Shown here: piece after piece, positions 1 through 13,404 of the stretch
How the letters are laid out: each line of letters opens with the position of its first letter
How positions within the stretch are numbered: the stretch's first letter is position 1
Assembly: GCA_024679065.1 (NCBI GenBank)
Contig: JAGIQG010000008.1
Span: forward strand, 87,110,001-87,174,000
Reading direction: 5' to 3'
Source: Sphyrna mokarran
Lineage: Eukaryota
DNA: 64,000 bases
Made by a program: the position numbers and the translations under genes
Notes under the pieces: generated by a model
Databases searched by the model: none
Told to the model about the DNA's origin: nothing
The model's input: the letters and a program-made list of their open reading frames with translations, nothing else

Positions 1-345
1 ATCATGTGGGTCATAAATGAGATGAATAGCTAAGATTTTCTCCCTAGGGTAAAGGAACCCAATACTAGAGGGCATAGGTTTAAAGTGAGATGGGAAAAAT
101 TTAAAAGGGACCTGAGGGGCAACTTTTTCATGCAGAGGGTGGTATGTATATGGAATGAACTGCCAAAGGAGGTGGGTACAGTTATAAGATTTAAAAGACA
201 TTTGGACACATATATGGATAGGAAAGATTTAGAGGGATACGGGTCAAATATCGGCAAATGGAATGAGTTCAGTTTTAGAAACCTGGTTAGCATGGACAAG
301 TTGAAAGGGCCTGCTTCTGTGCTGTATATCTCTGATTCTGTGAAT
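1..345 (+). mobile_element. CR1 (HER1-like) LINE 3' end, truncated by window edge
   Basis: Translates to the CR1 ORF2 C-terminus (TRGHRFKVRWEKFKRDLRGNFFMQRVVCIWNELP..FKRHLD), followed by the typical tail gggcctgcttctgtgctgtat..ctctgattct. Confidence 0.9.
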
Positions 346-1819
346 CACATATTTGGAATTGCTATATTAATTACTAGAAGTTGCTGTTTATATTGTCATG
401 TATTGGTTCAATAGTAACAAACATCAATAGCCCATTCTGCAACATTATTAATGTTGTCTTGTATTTTGTCGTCACTGGTCATTTCCTGGACAGGGACATT
501 TTGATCATTAGTTTTGTTCACAAAGTAATTGAATGGGCAGAACCTCCAGTTTTAAAAAGTGGTCAATAATAGTTCTTTCTGTGGAAATGTTCACTGAGTA
601 AAAATAAAATTTAGTTGTAAAAAGTTTTGAGTAGCATGTACAGCCATAAACACTGATACTTGTTGATATTAAATGAATGCATGGCACATGAACAATGATT
701 TCTAATAACCATGATTTTGTCAATGTTCACTTTTCTTTGGAAACTGAAGTATTTCTGTAATATTCCACTGAAATTTGGCAGAAGTTTGCAATCTTCTGAC
801 GCACTTGCAAAGGCTGCTGGCAAAGGGACAAACTCAAAAGGTTGAAGTTTAAAGCAAGGGAAAGTAATTTGTCCATAATGACTCAGATATCAAATTGTTT
901 GGTTAAGAGTGAAAAAAAAAGTTTGGAAATTCCCAGATTTAGTCTCTAGCTTGTGCTTTGGCAAGAAGTGAAATTGCCTTTATGAGGCACCTTGCAGATT
1001 CTGAGGGCGCTCCACTAGTATGAAATTCTACATGACATAAGTGCCCTTCTTCCTTAGAAGGGATAAATTGACATAATTTTATGTTCTTATACCTATCCGG
1101 TGATTCTGCCACGTTAGAGTGTTGGATAAAGATAATCCGATTTAACACTAGCTGTCACCTCTCTCACGCATGAATAAAAATAGCCTGTTGGGGGAATTAT
1201 CAGAGGAGACACTGTGGCTGTGGAACTGTTGCCAAAGATGGAGGTAATATCTTAATGAGAAGTAAATAACAGATTATTTCAAAAAAAAACTATAAAAGAT
1301 TTGCAAGATAATTTGACTTGATTGTTGATTAGTGAGATAAAGTATATAACTATATCTGCTTCAGGAAGGAGATAGTGGAAGATGTAAGCATAATGATTTA
1401 AATATTTTAAGTAGGAGGTTATGAAACAATTCTATTTGAGCTGACTTTTTCCTGCCAGAATGAGGGGTGGGGTGAGAGTGTTTCAGTTCCTACCAGTCTT
1501 CTGTTTCTTTATTTTGAGCTTTTTGGATTCCTAACTTTCAACTAATAGAAATGGACTTTCCTCCTTGCCTTCAAATGTTAATTTTGTTCCAAATTATCAT
1601 TCCTTTATCATCTTCTGGATTTAATTTAATGACTGATGCTAGTATATTAATAAAGGTTTAATTTAGTTTGAAGCAGGAAGAGTCGTCATGTATCAAATAA
1701 GGATTTTTGAAGTAAACTATATTTTATCACATCTTTCCCTCTTTAAAGATTTCTCATGATTGACATTTTTCTCCCTTTCTTTTTATCCTATTCCGAAGCT
1801 ATAAACTTCGGTTCGGGTC

Positions 1820-2120
1820 TGGTTCCACAGGTATTGATTGCACAGCACCACCTCCCCAAATTGTCCAGTTTTAATTGTGTGGGAAGTGAGTTACAAATAT
1901 GAAGGGTATTATAGGCAAGTTCAATCTTGCCCTTGTTAATAATCCACCCACACAGTGTTTTCAGCAGGACAGAAATCGGGAGCTGAAATTTTGGATTTCT
2001 TTTTCCTTAGATTAGAAGTATTCAGACATCCAATTGAATACTCCTTTAATCAACTAACTACAGCTCAGGAATTAAATCAAAGACCTTTCACTCAATGGCA
2101 TTTCATTTACCATTGAATCC
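1820..2120 (-). mobile_element. Possible ancient tRNA-derived SINE (LF-SINE-like), highly decayed
   Basis: Reverse strand reads gaaaggtctttgatttaattcctgagctgtagttagttgat..ggagtattcaattgg, resembling the head at 62700-62775; recalled similarity only. Confidence 0.35.
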
Positions 2121-2629
2121 ACATCATTAGAACTCAGATTCAAATGTTTTTCAATGTTTGTAAAATTTGTATGAGATGCGTCTTATAAATGCAGATCCCA
2201 ATATGAACACAACAGTTTTCCCAAAGGTTACAATTTTAGTATGTGCTGATTTGAGCACAAATCTTAAGTAGCCTATTCTAATACTAAAAGTGACTGCAGT
2301 TATGGTATTTATTTTGTGAATTGGCTTTGCTTTGTACTGCAGTTTAGTGTAAGTGCTGCAATAATCATCAATTGTCAATAAATGGAACCTCTAATGCAGA
2401 ATAAGGCCCTAAATGCTGCACAGATATAATTTTAAAAAAGGATGTTGAGCTTCAGAAAACTTTTGGAAAGGTATGGCTGTTGTGGTAAGTATCAATAAGG
2501 ATGTTAATTAGAGGAGTGGGAGGTGGAGAAAAAATGTTAATATATACCCAGGAAGTTAAAACTCTGAGCTAATGGTGAGGTAAGAGGGAAGTGTTATTTG
2601 TGAAAATTCGTGATTTTTTTGAAGTTCAT

Positions 2630-3300
2630 TTTTGGTATGTGGGTGTCAATGGGTAGGCCAGCATTCATTGTCCATCCCAGCTACCCTGGAAAAGGTGATA
2701 ATAAACTGCCTTCTTGAATTACTGCTGTCCATGTGATGTTAGTATATCCAGAGTGGTGTTAATGGGGAGGGTGAGTTCCAGGATTTTGACCCAACGATAG
2801 TGAAGAAACGACAATGTATTTCCAAGTCAGAAGGATGAGTGGCTTAGAAGGCAACTTCAAGGTGATGGTGTTCCTTTTTGTCTGCTGCTCATGACCTTCT
2901 AGATAGTGCATTTGGAAGGTACTGTTTAAGGAACTTGGTGAGTTGCTGCAGTGGACCTTGTAGATGATATGCATTACTCGTGCTGTGCATTGGTGGTGGA
3001 AGAACTGAATGTTTTTGGATGAGGTGCCAATCAAGTAGGCTGATGGCATCAAGCTTTGTGGGTATTGTTGAAGCTACACTCATTAAGGCAAGTGGAGAGT
3101 TTCTATCACACTACTGATTTCTACCTTGTAGATGGTGGGCAGGCTCTGGAGAATCAGGAGATGAGTTACTCACTGAAGAATTCACAGCCTCTAACGTGCT
3201 CTTCTATTTTTAAGGTTAGTCCAGTTCAGTTCCAGGTCGGTGGTAACTCCCAGAATATTAATAGTGGGGGATACTAATGCCATTGAATATCAAGGGATGA
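2630..3300 (-). mobile_element. CR1-group LINE (family B) 3' fragment
   Basis: Reverse complement of the 3' region at 13500-14170 and 50180-50580 (ggccagcattcattgtccatccc..gagttccaggattttgaccca). Confidence 0.85.
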
Positions 3301-3994
3301 TAGCAGCATACTTTTGTAAGAATACTTGTTCAACAATTCTGGCACACCCACGTCATTTGAACAGTCAGCATGAACATATTGCATTGCACAGTAAGACTTG
3401 AGAGGCTTAAACAAATTCCATTTCTCAATGTTATCAGGTTTGATTAATTAATGCTGGCATATTGGGTAATGTAATTGAGTACAGCAAAAGCAGACTTTGT
3501 TTCCTCTATGGACTCTGAAGAGAAAAGGCAAGAATCCCAGACTTTATGTTCCAGAAAGTTGCACAAAGTGGATTATAAATGGAGATATTTCATTTGGCGT
3601 TCTGGTATGCCAGCTGAGGCTTCAGAATTTCCTGTTTTGTTTGAATGTAAACTTGCTCAGTAATATAATTAAACATATTGGTAGCCAGGACATTTTTAAG
3701 TGGAACTTCTGTACATATGAATGCAAGCATTTCAAACGGGTATTGCTTTATTTTGCATGAAGTACTTTGAGATATGAATATTCTAATACTGATTAAACAA
3801 GTTGCAAGGAATTTAAGTCTTTTCATTAATTTCAAGCAATAAATGCAGCAAGTTGCATTGACTAATTTGTTATCTGAACAGTTTAAATTCCCTATTGCTG
3901 AAGTCAAGCCTAACACAAAGGAGAATGGTCTGACAAACACAACCAATCATTTTAACCTCATTGGTTCAAATGTTTTTTCTCGCATTGTCCTAAG

Positions 3995-4095
3995 CTGATC
4001 CGTCTTTAGCTGCTTCATCAATGACCTTTCCTCCATCATAAGGTCAGAAGTTTGAATGTTCAGTGATTGAAATGTTCAGTGGCATTCACACATGC
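3995..4095 (+). mobile_element. CR1-group LINE (family B) RT fragment
   Basis: tttagctgcttcatcaatgacctttcctccatcataaggtcagaag (FSCFINDLSSIIRSE) matches 10445-10500. Confidence 0.75.
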
Positions 4096-4564
4096 CTACA
4101 TATACAAGTAAAATCCTTTTCTCTGTGGTACAATTTTCTGGATATGTGGGTTTTATGGAATGAAGGTGATTTGCTTGTAAGCGCATGGCTGTGTAGGCTG
4201 TGGAGCTGGTTGCTCTCCATTATCACTGTTTCGCTTCTTCTGCCTGCTGCAATAGTGTATAAAATCTGTTACTGTGATTATACTGTCATATACAATGGGC
4301 TACATATTTCTTAATGAAGGATGAACACAAACCTGCATGTTCTGTTTTCCAATATTATTAGTATCTTTTTGTATTTTACTATATTCTAAGGGTGAACTAT
4401 ACAATATTGGTTTTAAGGAAATTTTTTTTATAGAATGAACTTGGCCCTGACCCATTTTTTTAAAAAAGTAGCAAGACCTGGACAGTATTGAGGCTTTGGC
4501 TCACAAATGGAAAGTAATGTCAGTGTCACACAACTGCCAGCTGACGATTATTTCTGACGAAGTC

Positions 4565-4788
4565 TGTAACATCTTGAATGATGGCGACCACCAGGTAGAT
4601 TATCGAATGAATGATTTATTGTGATTAATAACTATTTACAGAGAGTTAAGAAAGGCTACTGTATACCAGACCCTTAACATCTAGGGAAACCCCACACTCT
4701 GTACCCGAAACCGTGCACTCTGACCCGATTGGCTGACTGGGTCACATGACCTGTAGAGAGTTTGCCTCTTGAATGCACCAGACTTACA
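4565..4788 (-). mobile_element. Probable solo LTR (Gypsy-like)
   Basis: Bounded by inverted termini tgtaa...ttaca; minus-strand CCAAT (gattggctg, ~4727) and AATAAA (tttatt, ~4615-4620); ggtcacatgacc near-palindrome; locally CpG-richer; no TSD seen. Confidence 0.5.
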
Positions 4789-5089
4789 CTTTTCAATAAC
4801 AATTGAACTATTTACAATATTGTACAACAAATGGAATTCAAACACAGCCACTTGTAAGTAAAGTTGCTTTGGAGACTTCCTTTGAATAAGTTGCAGTTCA
4901 TTAATAGGTGCCCCATCAGCAGAGGTAACTTTGCTTTGAACCTTAATGTGCCAACTTTCAACTTGCAAAGGTGCTCCAATGCCAATAACACTCCAGATTC
5001 CACTGGTGCATTACTTCTGTCTTTCTTGAGACAGTTTGCTGCAGTATTAGTTTCATCCTTTTTTAGTATCACCAACAGGCATACTAGGG

Positions 5090-5210
5090 GCAGCCTACCC
5101 CACTCGTCCTTTGGTGCACTGCACCTTCTGCAGGATACACTGTAGGAATTTGCCAAGGCTTCTTCAATTGCACCTTCCAAACCTGTGACTGCTATTAGCT
5201 ACAAGGTCAA
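5090..5210 (+). mobile_element. CR1-group LINE (family B) small 3' fragment
   Basis: gcaccttctgcaggatacactgtaggaatttgccaaggcttcttcaattgcaccttccaaacc matches 13850-13915 and 50260-50330. Confidence 0.6.
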
Positions 5211-6389
5211 ATGATCATCTTTCAGTGCTTCTTCTACATTGTAGAATTAACTTTGCATACATCATTTATATAGGAACGATGACTCAGTTATTCTGCTCTT
5301 CAGTTGAAATAGGTTTTAAGTAATATACTTTAATTGTAGTTAGACCTATGTAATTGTTCAGCTTGCAAATTTGCTGGCAGATATCTGATTCAGAATAGGT
5401 CTTTGCATCAAAGAGGAACAAATTGATTACAGCACAGCTCCGTTGCATGCTTCCGACTGTAGTCTGGTTCTTCTACTGCGACAAAGTTCAGGTAGTCATT
5501 CAAACCAAGACAGAAAATGCAGCAAAGCATTTGACACAGAGAGGCAAAATTAACTTTATTCTTGTCATCAAAGCTACAGTTCCACATGCATCTAATCTTT
5601 TTGTTCTTGGTAGGGACCTATGATACTTAATTTGTTGCAAATTAGTGTAATATTACTGCAGGTTGCTTCTACGTAACTGCAATGGTGCACAGCTCTCTTT
5701 TTTCAATTCTTTTTGAGACTTATAATTGTGTCTCATATGTAATGGGAAATGAGACCAATTAAGAAATGCATTATGTATTTTTACAGCTGTTGGGTAGACT
5801 TAGTGTTAGTTTAAAGCTATGCTATAAGGTGCAGAGTATGAAGAAGCAATTTATAAGTATCTCAAAACTGATTTGAAATTGAGGCAAGTAATAGATATAG
5901 CACCTTCAATTAGTGGAAAATTGGTCCTAATTTTTGCCATTTGGTATTAATTATTTGTTCAGCCTTTCCTTTATTATCTGGTTCTCATGTCTCTTGTAGT
6001 TATGGATGAATGTATCAAAATTAAAATATTAAGATGTGAAAAAATTGCCAGATAAGACAAAGGTTGCTGAATGGGTGTGCAAGTTTCGTTGGTTCACTGT
6101 CAGTCCCACACAGAAGCCTTTGAATATAAATACTTAACCACAGGGAAGTATAATTTAGCATCTACAGTTTCATCACATTTTTTCTTGTGTGCTGCCTAGA
6201 GCACTATGCTGCAGTCTTAATTTTGTAGTGTTGCTGAAGTTCCAGTGAACAAGAATCCAAATCCCATTCAGTAGCAGAAGGCAGTGATTTTTGTTTTTAA
6301 AAAAATTCTGGAAATAAAAGCAGGTGCCAGTAAGAGGAACCACAAAACTGAGGAAGCAAAATTTCCATTGTTGTTCAGTTTGATCTATA

Positions 6390-6545
6390 GGTAAAACAAA
6401 AACATACAATGCTGGAGATACTCATCAGTTCAGGCAACATTTATAAAGAGAGAAACACAGTTAACGTTCTGGCAAAAGATTATTGATCTGAAAAGCTAAC
6501 TCTGTTTCTATCTGCACACTTGCCTGATGAATTCTCAGTACTTCC
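6390..6545. repeat. Palindromic mini-element derived from Penelope terminal repeats
   Basis: aatgctggagatactcatcagttcaggcaacat..gagagaaacacagttaacgtt and the inverted arm aaagctaactctgtttctatctgcac..cctgatgaattctcagtactt. Confidence 0.7.
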
Positions 6546-7209
6546 ATGTGGTAATACCAACTGCAAACCAATTCAGCACTTGCTGAGATTTTTCCAAGCT
6601 GAGAAAAGTTACCTGTTTTGCCTTAAATTTGAATATCCAGCACTCCTAGGAGAAATTCTGTCATTGGAGAGCCTCCAAACATGGGAAATTTAAATTGATT
6701 GATTTTAATATTTGTTATTGCTGCTGAGTTGCCAGTGGTACCTGAAGAGCCTATTCTTCTCAATGCTGCCTCTTGCATGCAATGTCTGAAGCCAGTATTT
6801 GCATTATATATGTGAAAGATTGAACAAACTGAGTGACAAATGTCAAAATTAATATTATTATATGTAATAGAGGTTTTAAAGTTTTTGTTTAAACTGATGC
6901 TAAAGTTCTGACAAGCATCTCCTCCAAACTGTTGAATGTTACAGGCACTTCTTAGCTGGATCACTACAGTACTGAACTCTAAAAGCTGATATCTCTTCCT
7001 GCAAAAATGTTTTTAGTATGAATTAATTTGACATTTGCACTCCTGAAACATTGCCTGATAACTACTTGGTTCCAATTCACAAGTTGACTAGTTGATACTA
7101 GGGATGAAAACAGATATATAAACATACCTAATTATCCTGGAATAGACAGCATCCTTAAGTGTCATATATGTTCAGAGGTGGCACCAAAAAATCTCATGGC
7201 ACCTTTGGG

Positions 7210-7500
7210 AAAAAATCTTGGGATGTGAACATTGCTGACCAGGGTGACATTTATTGCCTATCCTACCTTATACTGAGAATGTGTTGATGGGTATTTTCTT
7301 GAATCATTTTAATTTGTGTGGGGAAGGTGCTTCAAAAATTAGGTAGAGAAATCCATGATTTTTAACCTGGTTATGATGAAGAAATAATGCCCCATCAGGA
7401 TTTTGTGTGACTTGATGGACAATTTAGAGGTGGTGATATTCCCTGAGTTGTAAATGGTGTTGATGGTTACAGGTCTGTGTGATGCTGCTGAACATGAGCT
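7210..7500 (-). mobile_element. CR1-group LINE (family B) 3' end
   Basis: gggatgtgaacattgctgaccagggtgacatttattgcctatcc, the same terminus as 2630 and 46140. Confidence 0.75.
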
Positions 7501-7559
7501 ACAGAGTTCTTTTGTATTCCCTCAAACAACTTTGTTTAAAAAATTATGTGGTTATTAAA

Positions 7560-7690
7560 CTCGTTGCTATTTGTGGGACCTTGCTATATGCAAGATATTT
7601 CCTTTCATTGTGATACTGACTCACTCTAAAGTATTAATTGGCCGAGACATTGAGATTATAAGATGAGCAATATAATTGCAAATTTTTCCT
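7560..7690 (+). mobile_element. Deu-domain-type SINE 3' tail relic (SacSINE1/AmnSINE-like)
   Basis: gttgctatttgtgggaccttgctatatgcaa..gtattaattggc..gcaatataattgcaaattt, recalled L2-type SINE tail. Confidence 0.5.
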
Positions 7691-9169
7691 CTAAAGCAAT
7701 TTTTCTGTGATGAAGGCTCTGCTATCAGCTCATGCCTCTCGTGTTTGCAAAGCTGAAATCAGGAACACATCATGTAAGGAATTATAGACTCAAATGATGT
7801 GGTAATGTGTGTCTGATCCACAGTAGTATCACTCAGCATATGTCCTTTGACATGATGACTTTCAGCTTGTATGAATCCATAATCCGGTTTTACAGTAGAA
7901 TGGTTTTTGTATAGCTCTTCAAAATACTTCAGTGTCTGTGCATATCTGGTTCATGTACTATATAGGTTGGATATTTAGTTATTGATTTTAGTAATGTATA
8001 ATCTGTAAATTGACGACTGTACATGAGAAGTAACTGTTTCCTGAAAGAAATGGCATGTTGTCATTTTCCCTGAAGATTAGAGGAGTTAATTGCTGGAAAG
8101 ATTCAGAGTTGAATAAATAAGCCACTCAAATGTTTTCTCAATGGGGCAAATGCCATCTACTTAAGAATTAATGATGCAACATATGGGGATGGTTAATAGT
8201 CAACAGGTCTGTGCTTCATTGTTTTGTCTGGCAGAGGACTGGTATTTATAAAGGGCATGGCAGCTTGAGGGCTACTGGATAAGGATTATACCTTTTATCA
8301 CATGGTTGTGTGTGAAGGTTGTTCTTTACTGCACACTTATTTGTTTAGGAAGGTGGAGCAATAACCTGAAATAGTTCTGACTTCTGTTTCATTATGTTAT
8401 CATTGCTGGTACTTAATGTTGGAAATCTGTTCTGAGTACATTGTGATTATGCAGTGACATTTTGATTTGTGGTATCAAACATTCCTGCACACCACACTAA
8501 GCTAATAGCCTGAGTCTATGCCCAAATTGTTGGGAGCCATGTACAGATTGCAACTGCTTCGAATATTTTTTAGGCAAAGATTTAGATAGCTACGTTGAAG
8601 CAGGGTGCTGTATTTTTAAAGATTGAAATATGGTTTTGAAAGATTAGAGTTGTAAATTTTCATTGCAATGCATGTATATTTCTAACATTATCATACTTCT
8701 ATACTTTCAGAGCTATATTTCATTTATTGGCTGCATTATGTAATCAGTAAAATAATTACATTTTATTAACATTCATCCCGAAAGCTCAGTAATGTGCATG
8801 TTGAATACCTTGCTCTGCGATAGAATAATCTTCAAGGAAAGGGCATATAACCTCATCATTTTTTTTAAAAAAAAAGACTCTGGACTTGATTCCTGACCAT
8901 GTGAAGTCTCATGGCTTCAGGACAAATCTGGGCAGGGTAAACCTGCCCTCCCCCTTTCTTCAGCTGATGAATTAGTATTCCTCCATGTTGAACATCAATT
9001 TGAAGAAGGAATGAGGGTGGCCAAAGCACAGAATGTGCTCTGGTTGGGGGACTTCAAAGCCCATCACCAAAAGTGGATCAGTAACACCATTACTGACTGA
9101 GCTGTTGAGTATTTATTTACATAACTGGTTCTGAGGCAAGTAGTGAGGGAGCTAACAAGAGGGGAAAAG

Positions 9170-9420
9170 ACTGACTGCTTGGTTTAAATTTCCATAATGC
9201 TTGGCAGTCAACTGTCAACAAGTGCATTCCCCACGGCCCTACCTCTACCAATTACAGTCTGTTAGCCAAACAAGCAGCACTCTCTTGTCATACAATATAA
9301 ATTGGGTGATTTTCCCTTGCATTGTATTATTGTGAATATCCTGATGAGATTAAGACAATAACTTAGACAAAACTTCATCTTTTCAGCAATACTCAATTCT
9401 GTACTATCAAATGGCTATTA
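9170..9420 (+). mobile_element. Short Penelope-like terminal-repeat element inserted in the LINE
   Basis: Unrelated to the flanking LINE frame; contains gcagcactctcttgtcatacaatataaat..cctgatgag (hammerhead-like CTGATGA) typical of Penelope 3' ends. Confidence 0.5.
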
Positions 9421-10588
9421 ATTACTATCAAGCTGGGGACTAAACCTGGTTTAATGAAGAGTAGAGGAGAACATGCCGAAAGCAGCAGCATGCATGCCTT
9501 AAAATTTGTCAACCTTGTGAAGTTGCAACATGACTACTTTAATGACAAATAGCAGAAGTAGCTTGTGAGAGACGGAGCTGAGTGATTTCATGACTGCCAA
9601 ATCCAATCCAATCTCCGCAGTCCTGTCACATCCAGTTGTGTATGTTGATAAATAATTTAACAGCTGTGTGGAGGAAGAGGTTGCATAAATATCCCCATTC
9701 TGAGATGATGGAGGAGCTAAGCAAATAAGTGGGTTGGGTAGCAATGTAGCATTTAGAACCATTTTCAGCCTGAAGTGCTGGGTGGATGATCGATCTCTGT
9801 CTCTTCCAGGGTTCCCAGCAGCACAGATGCCAGCCTTTAACCAATTCAATTCGCTGGATATTGCAAAGGCTATGGATCCTAACAGTATTCTGGCAATAGC
9901 ACTGAAGACTTGTTCTCCAGAATTAACTGTGTCCCTAACTAAGCTGTTGCAGTACAGCCTTGACTTCTACTGACAATGTAGAAAATTACCCAGCTATTCC
10001 TTACACAAAAGCAGGCCAAATCCAACCTGACCAATTCCCAGCTCCCTCAGTCTACTTTCAATCATTAGCAAAGTGATGGAAGGGGTCATCAACAGTGCTA
10101 TCAAGTGGCACTTACTTAGCAATAATCTGCTCGCCAATGCTCTGTTTGGGGTCTACCATGGCCAGTCAGTTCCTGACTTCATTACAGCCTTGGTCCAACA
10201 TGGCTGAAAGAATTGAACTCAACTGCTGAGGTAGGGGTGACTGTCCTTGACATCAAGGCTGCATTTGATCTAGTTAGATATCAAGGAGTCCTAGGAAAAC
10301 CGAAGTCAATGATAATCAGGGAGAAAACTCTCCCGATTGGAGCCATAACTAGCCCAAAAGCAGATGTCCGTGGTTGTTGGGGGTCAACCATCTCATCCTT
10401 TTAACTGTGCTGCAGGAGTTCCTTCGTAATGTCCTTGACTCCAAATGCTTCATCAATAACCTTCCTTCCATCATAAGGCAGAAATTGGGGATGTTAGCTG
10501 ATGATTACACAATAGTCAGCACAATTTGTGACTTCTTCGATACTGAAGGAATCAGTGTCCATTTGCAGCAAGACATGGACAATATTTA

Positions 10589-13404
10589 ACCAAAAGAGAA
10601 AATGCAGGTCTGGCAGCATCTGTAAGGAGAGAAAAGAGCTGACATTTTGAGTCGAGGTGACCCTTTGTCAAAGTTAAAAGTCATAGAAAGTAAGATATAT
10701 TTATATTGCAGTCTGAGGGAATGAAAGACGAAACCAGGGCTACTGACTGCTAATGGACAATAAAAAATTAGAATGAAAGGTGTTGAGGTGGGATAGAGCA
10801 AATCATCTGAAATTATTGAATTGGACGTTAAGAACGGAAGGCTGTAAAATGCCTAACCAGAAGATGAGATGAGATGCTGCTGCTCCTCTTAGAGGGCTGT
10901 GGATCATGAGGGACTGTCATCGATGTACTGGTAAAGGAGGGGACCTGGGTAGACTTGGAACAAGGAATGTTCCACATACCCCATGAAAAGACAAGCGTGG
11001 CGAGGACTCATGCAGGAATCATTGCTGCTCCTTTAATTTGAAGAAAGTGGGATGAGTTAAAGAAGCTTTGAGCTTCACTGGAACATTGCAGAAAGCCAAG
11101 GACAGACATGTAGGTTTGGGAGCAGGATTGTGATTAAAATGGCAAGCAACCAGAAGGTCAGGGTCCTGATTGCACAAGACCGAAGGTACTCAGCAAAGTG
11201 ATCGCCTAGTCTGTCCAATATAGAGGAGCAGCGAATGCAATACATCAAATTGAACGAGGTGCAAGTGAAGCACGGCTTAAACTGGAATGAATGTTTTGGA
11301 CCTTGGATGGTGAGCATAGGAGAGGTAAAAGGCCAAGTGTTGCATCTTCTGCAATTGCATGGGAAGGTGCCATGAGTGACGGGAGATGTTTTGGATATAA
11401 TAGAGGAGTGGATTAGGTTATCCTGGAATGCTGGTAGAGAGAGAGTGAAGGGAAGATGTGTTCAATAGTGGCATCACGCTGGAGTTGGTGGAAATGACAG
11501 AGGTTTATTCTTTGCATATAGGGCTGGTAGATGAAATGTGAGAACAAGGGGGACTCCATCCTTGTTCTGGGAGGGGGTAAGGATTGTGGCGCGTGAGATG
11601 GACTGCATGCTGTTGAGGGCCCTGTCGGCAACCGTAGAGGGAAATCCATGGTTGAGGTAAAAAGAGCACATTAGCAGCACCATTTTGGAAAGTGGCATCA
11701 TCGGAACAAATGCTATGGTGTCGAAGGAGCTGAGAGAAAGTGATAGAGTCCTTATAGGATGTAAGGTGTGAAGAACTATAATCCAAACAGATGTGGGAGT
11801 CAATAATAACTATTACTAGATAATCTTTTGCCAGAAATGGAGATAGAAATGAGGGAAAGGAAGTGTCTGAGATGGACCAAGTGAAGGCGATGGTGTAGTG
11901 GAAATGAAGTTGATGAATTTTTCAAGGTCTTATCAAGAGATAAGATGGTCTCTGACTCTCTAAGATAAAACAGCTGTGGATTTTTATCTTAGAGGGCTGT
12001 GGATCATGAGGGACTGTCATCGATGTACTGGTAAAGGAGGGGACCTGGGTAGACTTGGAACAAGGAATGTTCCACATACCCCATGAAAAGACAAGCGTGG
12101 CAAGGACTCATGCAGGAATCATTGCTGCTCCTTTAATTTGAAGAAAGTGGGATGAGTTAAAGAAGTTGTTAAGAGATAGAATAAGTTCAGCCTGGTGGAT
12201 GGGAATTATTCAGACCTCCTTTCAAAAAGAAGCAAAGAATTCTCAAGCCGTCCTGTGTGGGATGGAGGTGCAGAGAGATTGCATGTCAATGATGAAGGGG
12301 AAGCTGTTAAGGCCTGCAAACTGGCTGCTGTCATTATGACGCAGGGCATCAGAGGAATCCCGAATGTAGGTGGGAAGGAATTGGACCGGAGAGTGGAGAT
12401 GGAGTTAAGATAAGAGGAAGTAAGTTCAGTGGGGCAGGAGAGTACTGACACATAGAACCTACAGGACAGTCCTTTTTGTGGATTTTGGGAAGTAAGTAGA
12501 AGTGGGCTGTCCAGGATTAGAAGACAAATCGGAAGTTGAGGGGAAAGACATCTGGGGGAAATGAGATCAATGACGGTGTTGGAAATAATGGCGTGATGTT
12601 TAGTGGTGTGGTCATGATTCAGTGGGAGGTAGGAGTAAATATCTGAGAGTTGGCACTCAGCATCTGCTAGGTAGACAGGTCAGTACGCCAGATGACAATA
12701 ACACCTTCTTTGTCAGCAGGTTTGATGACAATGTCAAGGTTGGACATGGGGGAGCGAAGGGCAGAAAGTTCGGAAGGAGAAAGGTTGGAATGGACGAGGG
12801 GTGGAGGTGCAGAAAAATTGAGATGGTCAGTGACCCATCGACAGTTCCGAATGGAAAAAATCGAGCACAGGTAATTGTCTCGATGGGGGTGTCCAATTGA
12901 AGGCAAAATATGAAAGGATCTTTGGAACGGGGGGAGGACTCTTGCCCAAAAAGTGGGCATGAAGATGAAGAAGAGTTCATTATTGTGTTGAGCCTGGAAT
13001 TCATTGAGGTGAGGATGTAAGGGTACAAAGCTGAATCCTTGCTGAGAACAGTAGGCTCAGCCTCAGAGAGTGGTCAGAGGGTATGATAAAGACACAAAGG
13101 GCTGGGGCTAAAAAAGATGAAGTTTGAGGAATTGGGATTGGTGGAGGTCTGGGTTGGACAGTTGTGTTGATAAGTTGTTGAAGCTTGCATTCCTTTACAT
13201 CTGTAAGAAACAGGAAAGGTTGTTAAGACATCTAAGACATCTAACTGGGGACAAAAACAGCTATGAGGGAGAGCGAGATGGTGTTGCTGGAGAGAGATGT
13301 TGAGTGTCTTCATGTAGCAGTGCATGGAACTGAGTGTAGCTTTCAGGATGCGACGAGAACAGCAGTCCAAAGAAGGTTGTATATATATTTAATCAATATG
13401 TTTC
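10589..13404 (-). mobile_element. Penelope-like retroelement (RT + GIY-YIG endonuclease), near full-length, decayed
   Basis: NLSPSELSALRS..DIVIKPADKEG.IVIW (12667-12960), DYSSSH..KDSI.FSQLLR..ICSDDATF thumb (11505-11786), QGPKHSFQ..FTCTSFNLMYCIRCS..LGDHFAE GIY-YIG (11075-11317); terminal repeat at 10589-10675; flanked by 11-bp direct repeat gacaatattta. Confidence 0.92.
10887..11065. repeat. 179-bp near-exact copy of 11987-12165
   Basis: Direct comparison: identical apart from one mismatch (g at 11002, a at 12102); offset exactly 1100 bp. Confidence 0.95.

Noticed and set aside
4812-5180. 122-aa minus-strand ORF next to the putative solo LTR
   Set aside because: It starts inside a LINE fragment and has no convincing gag or protease motif
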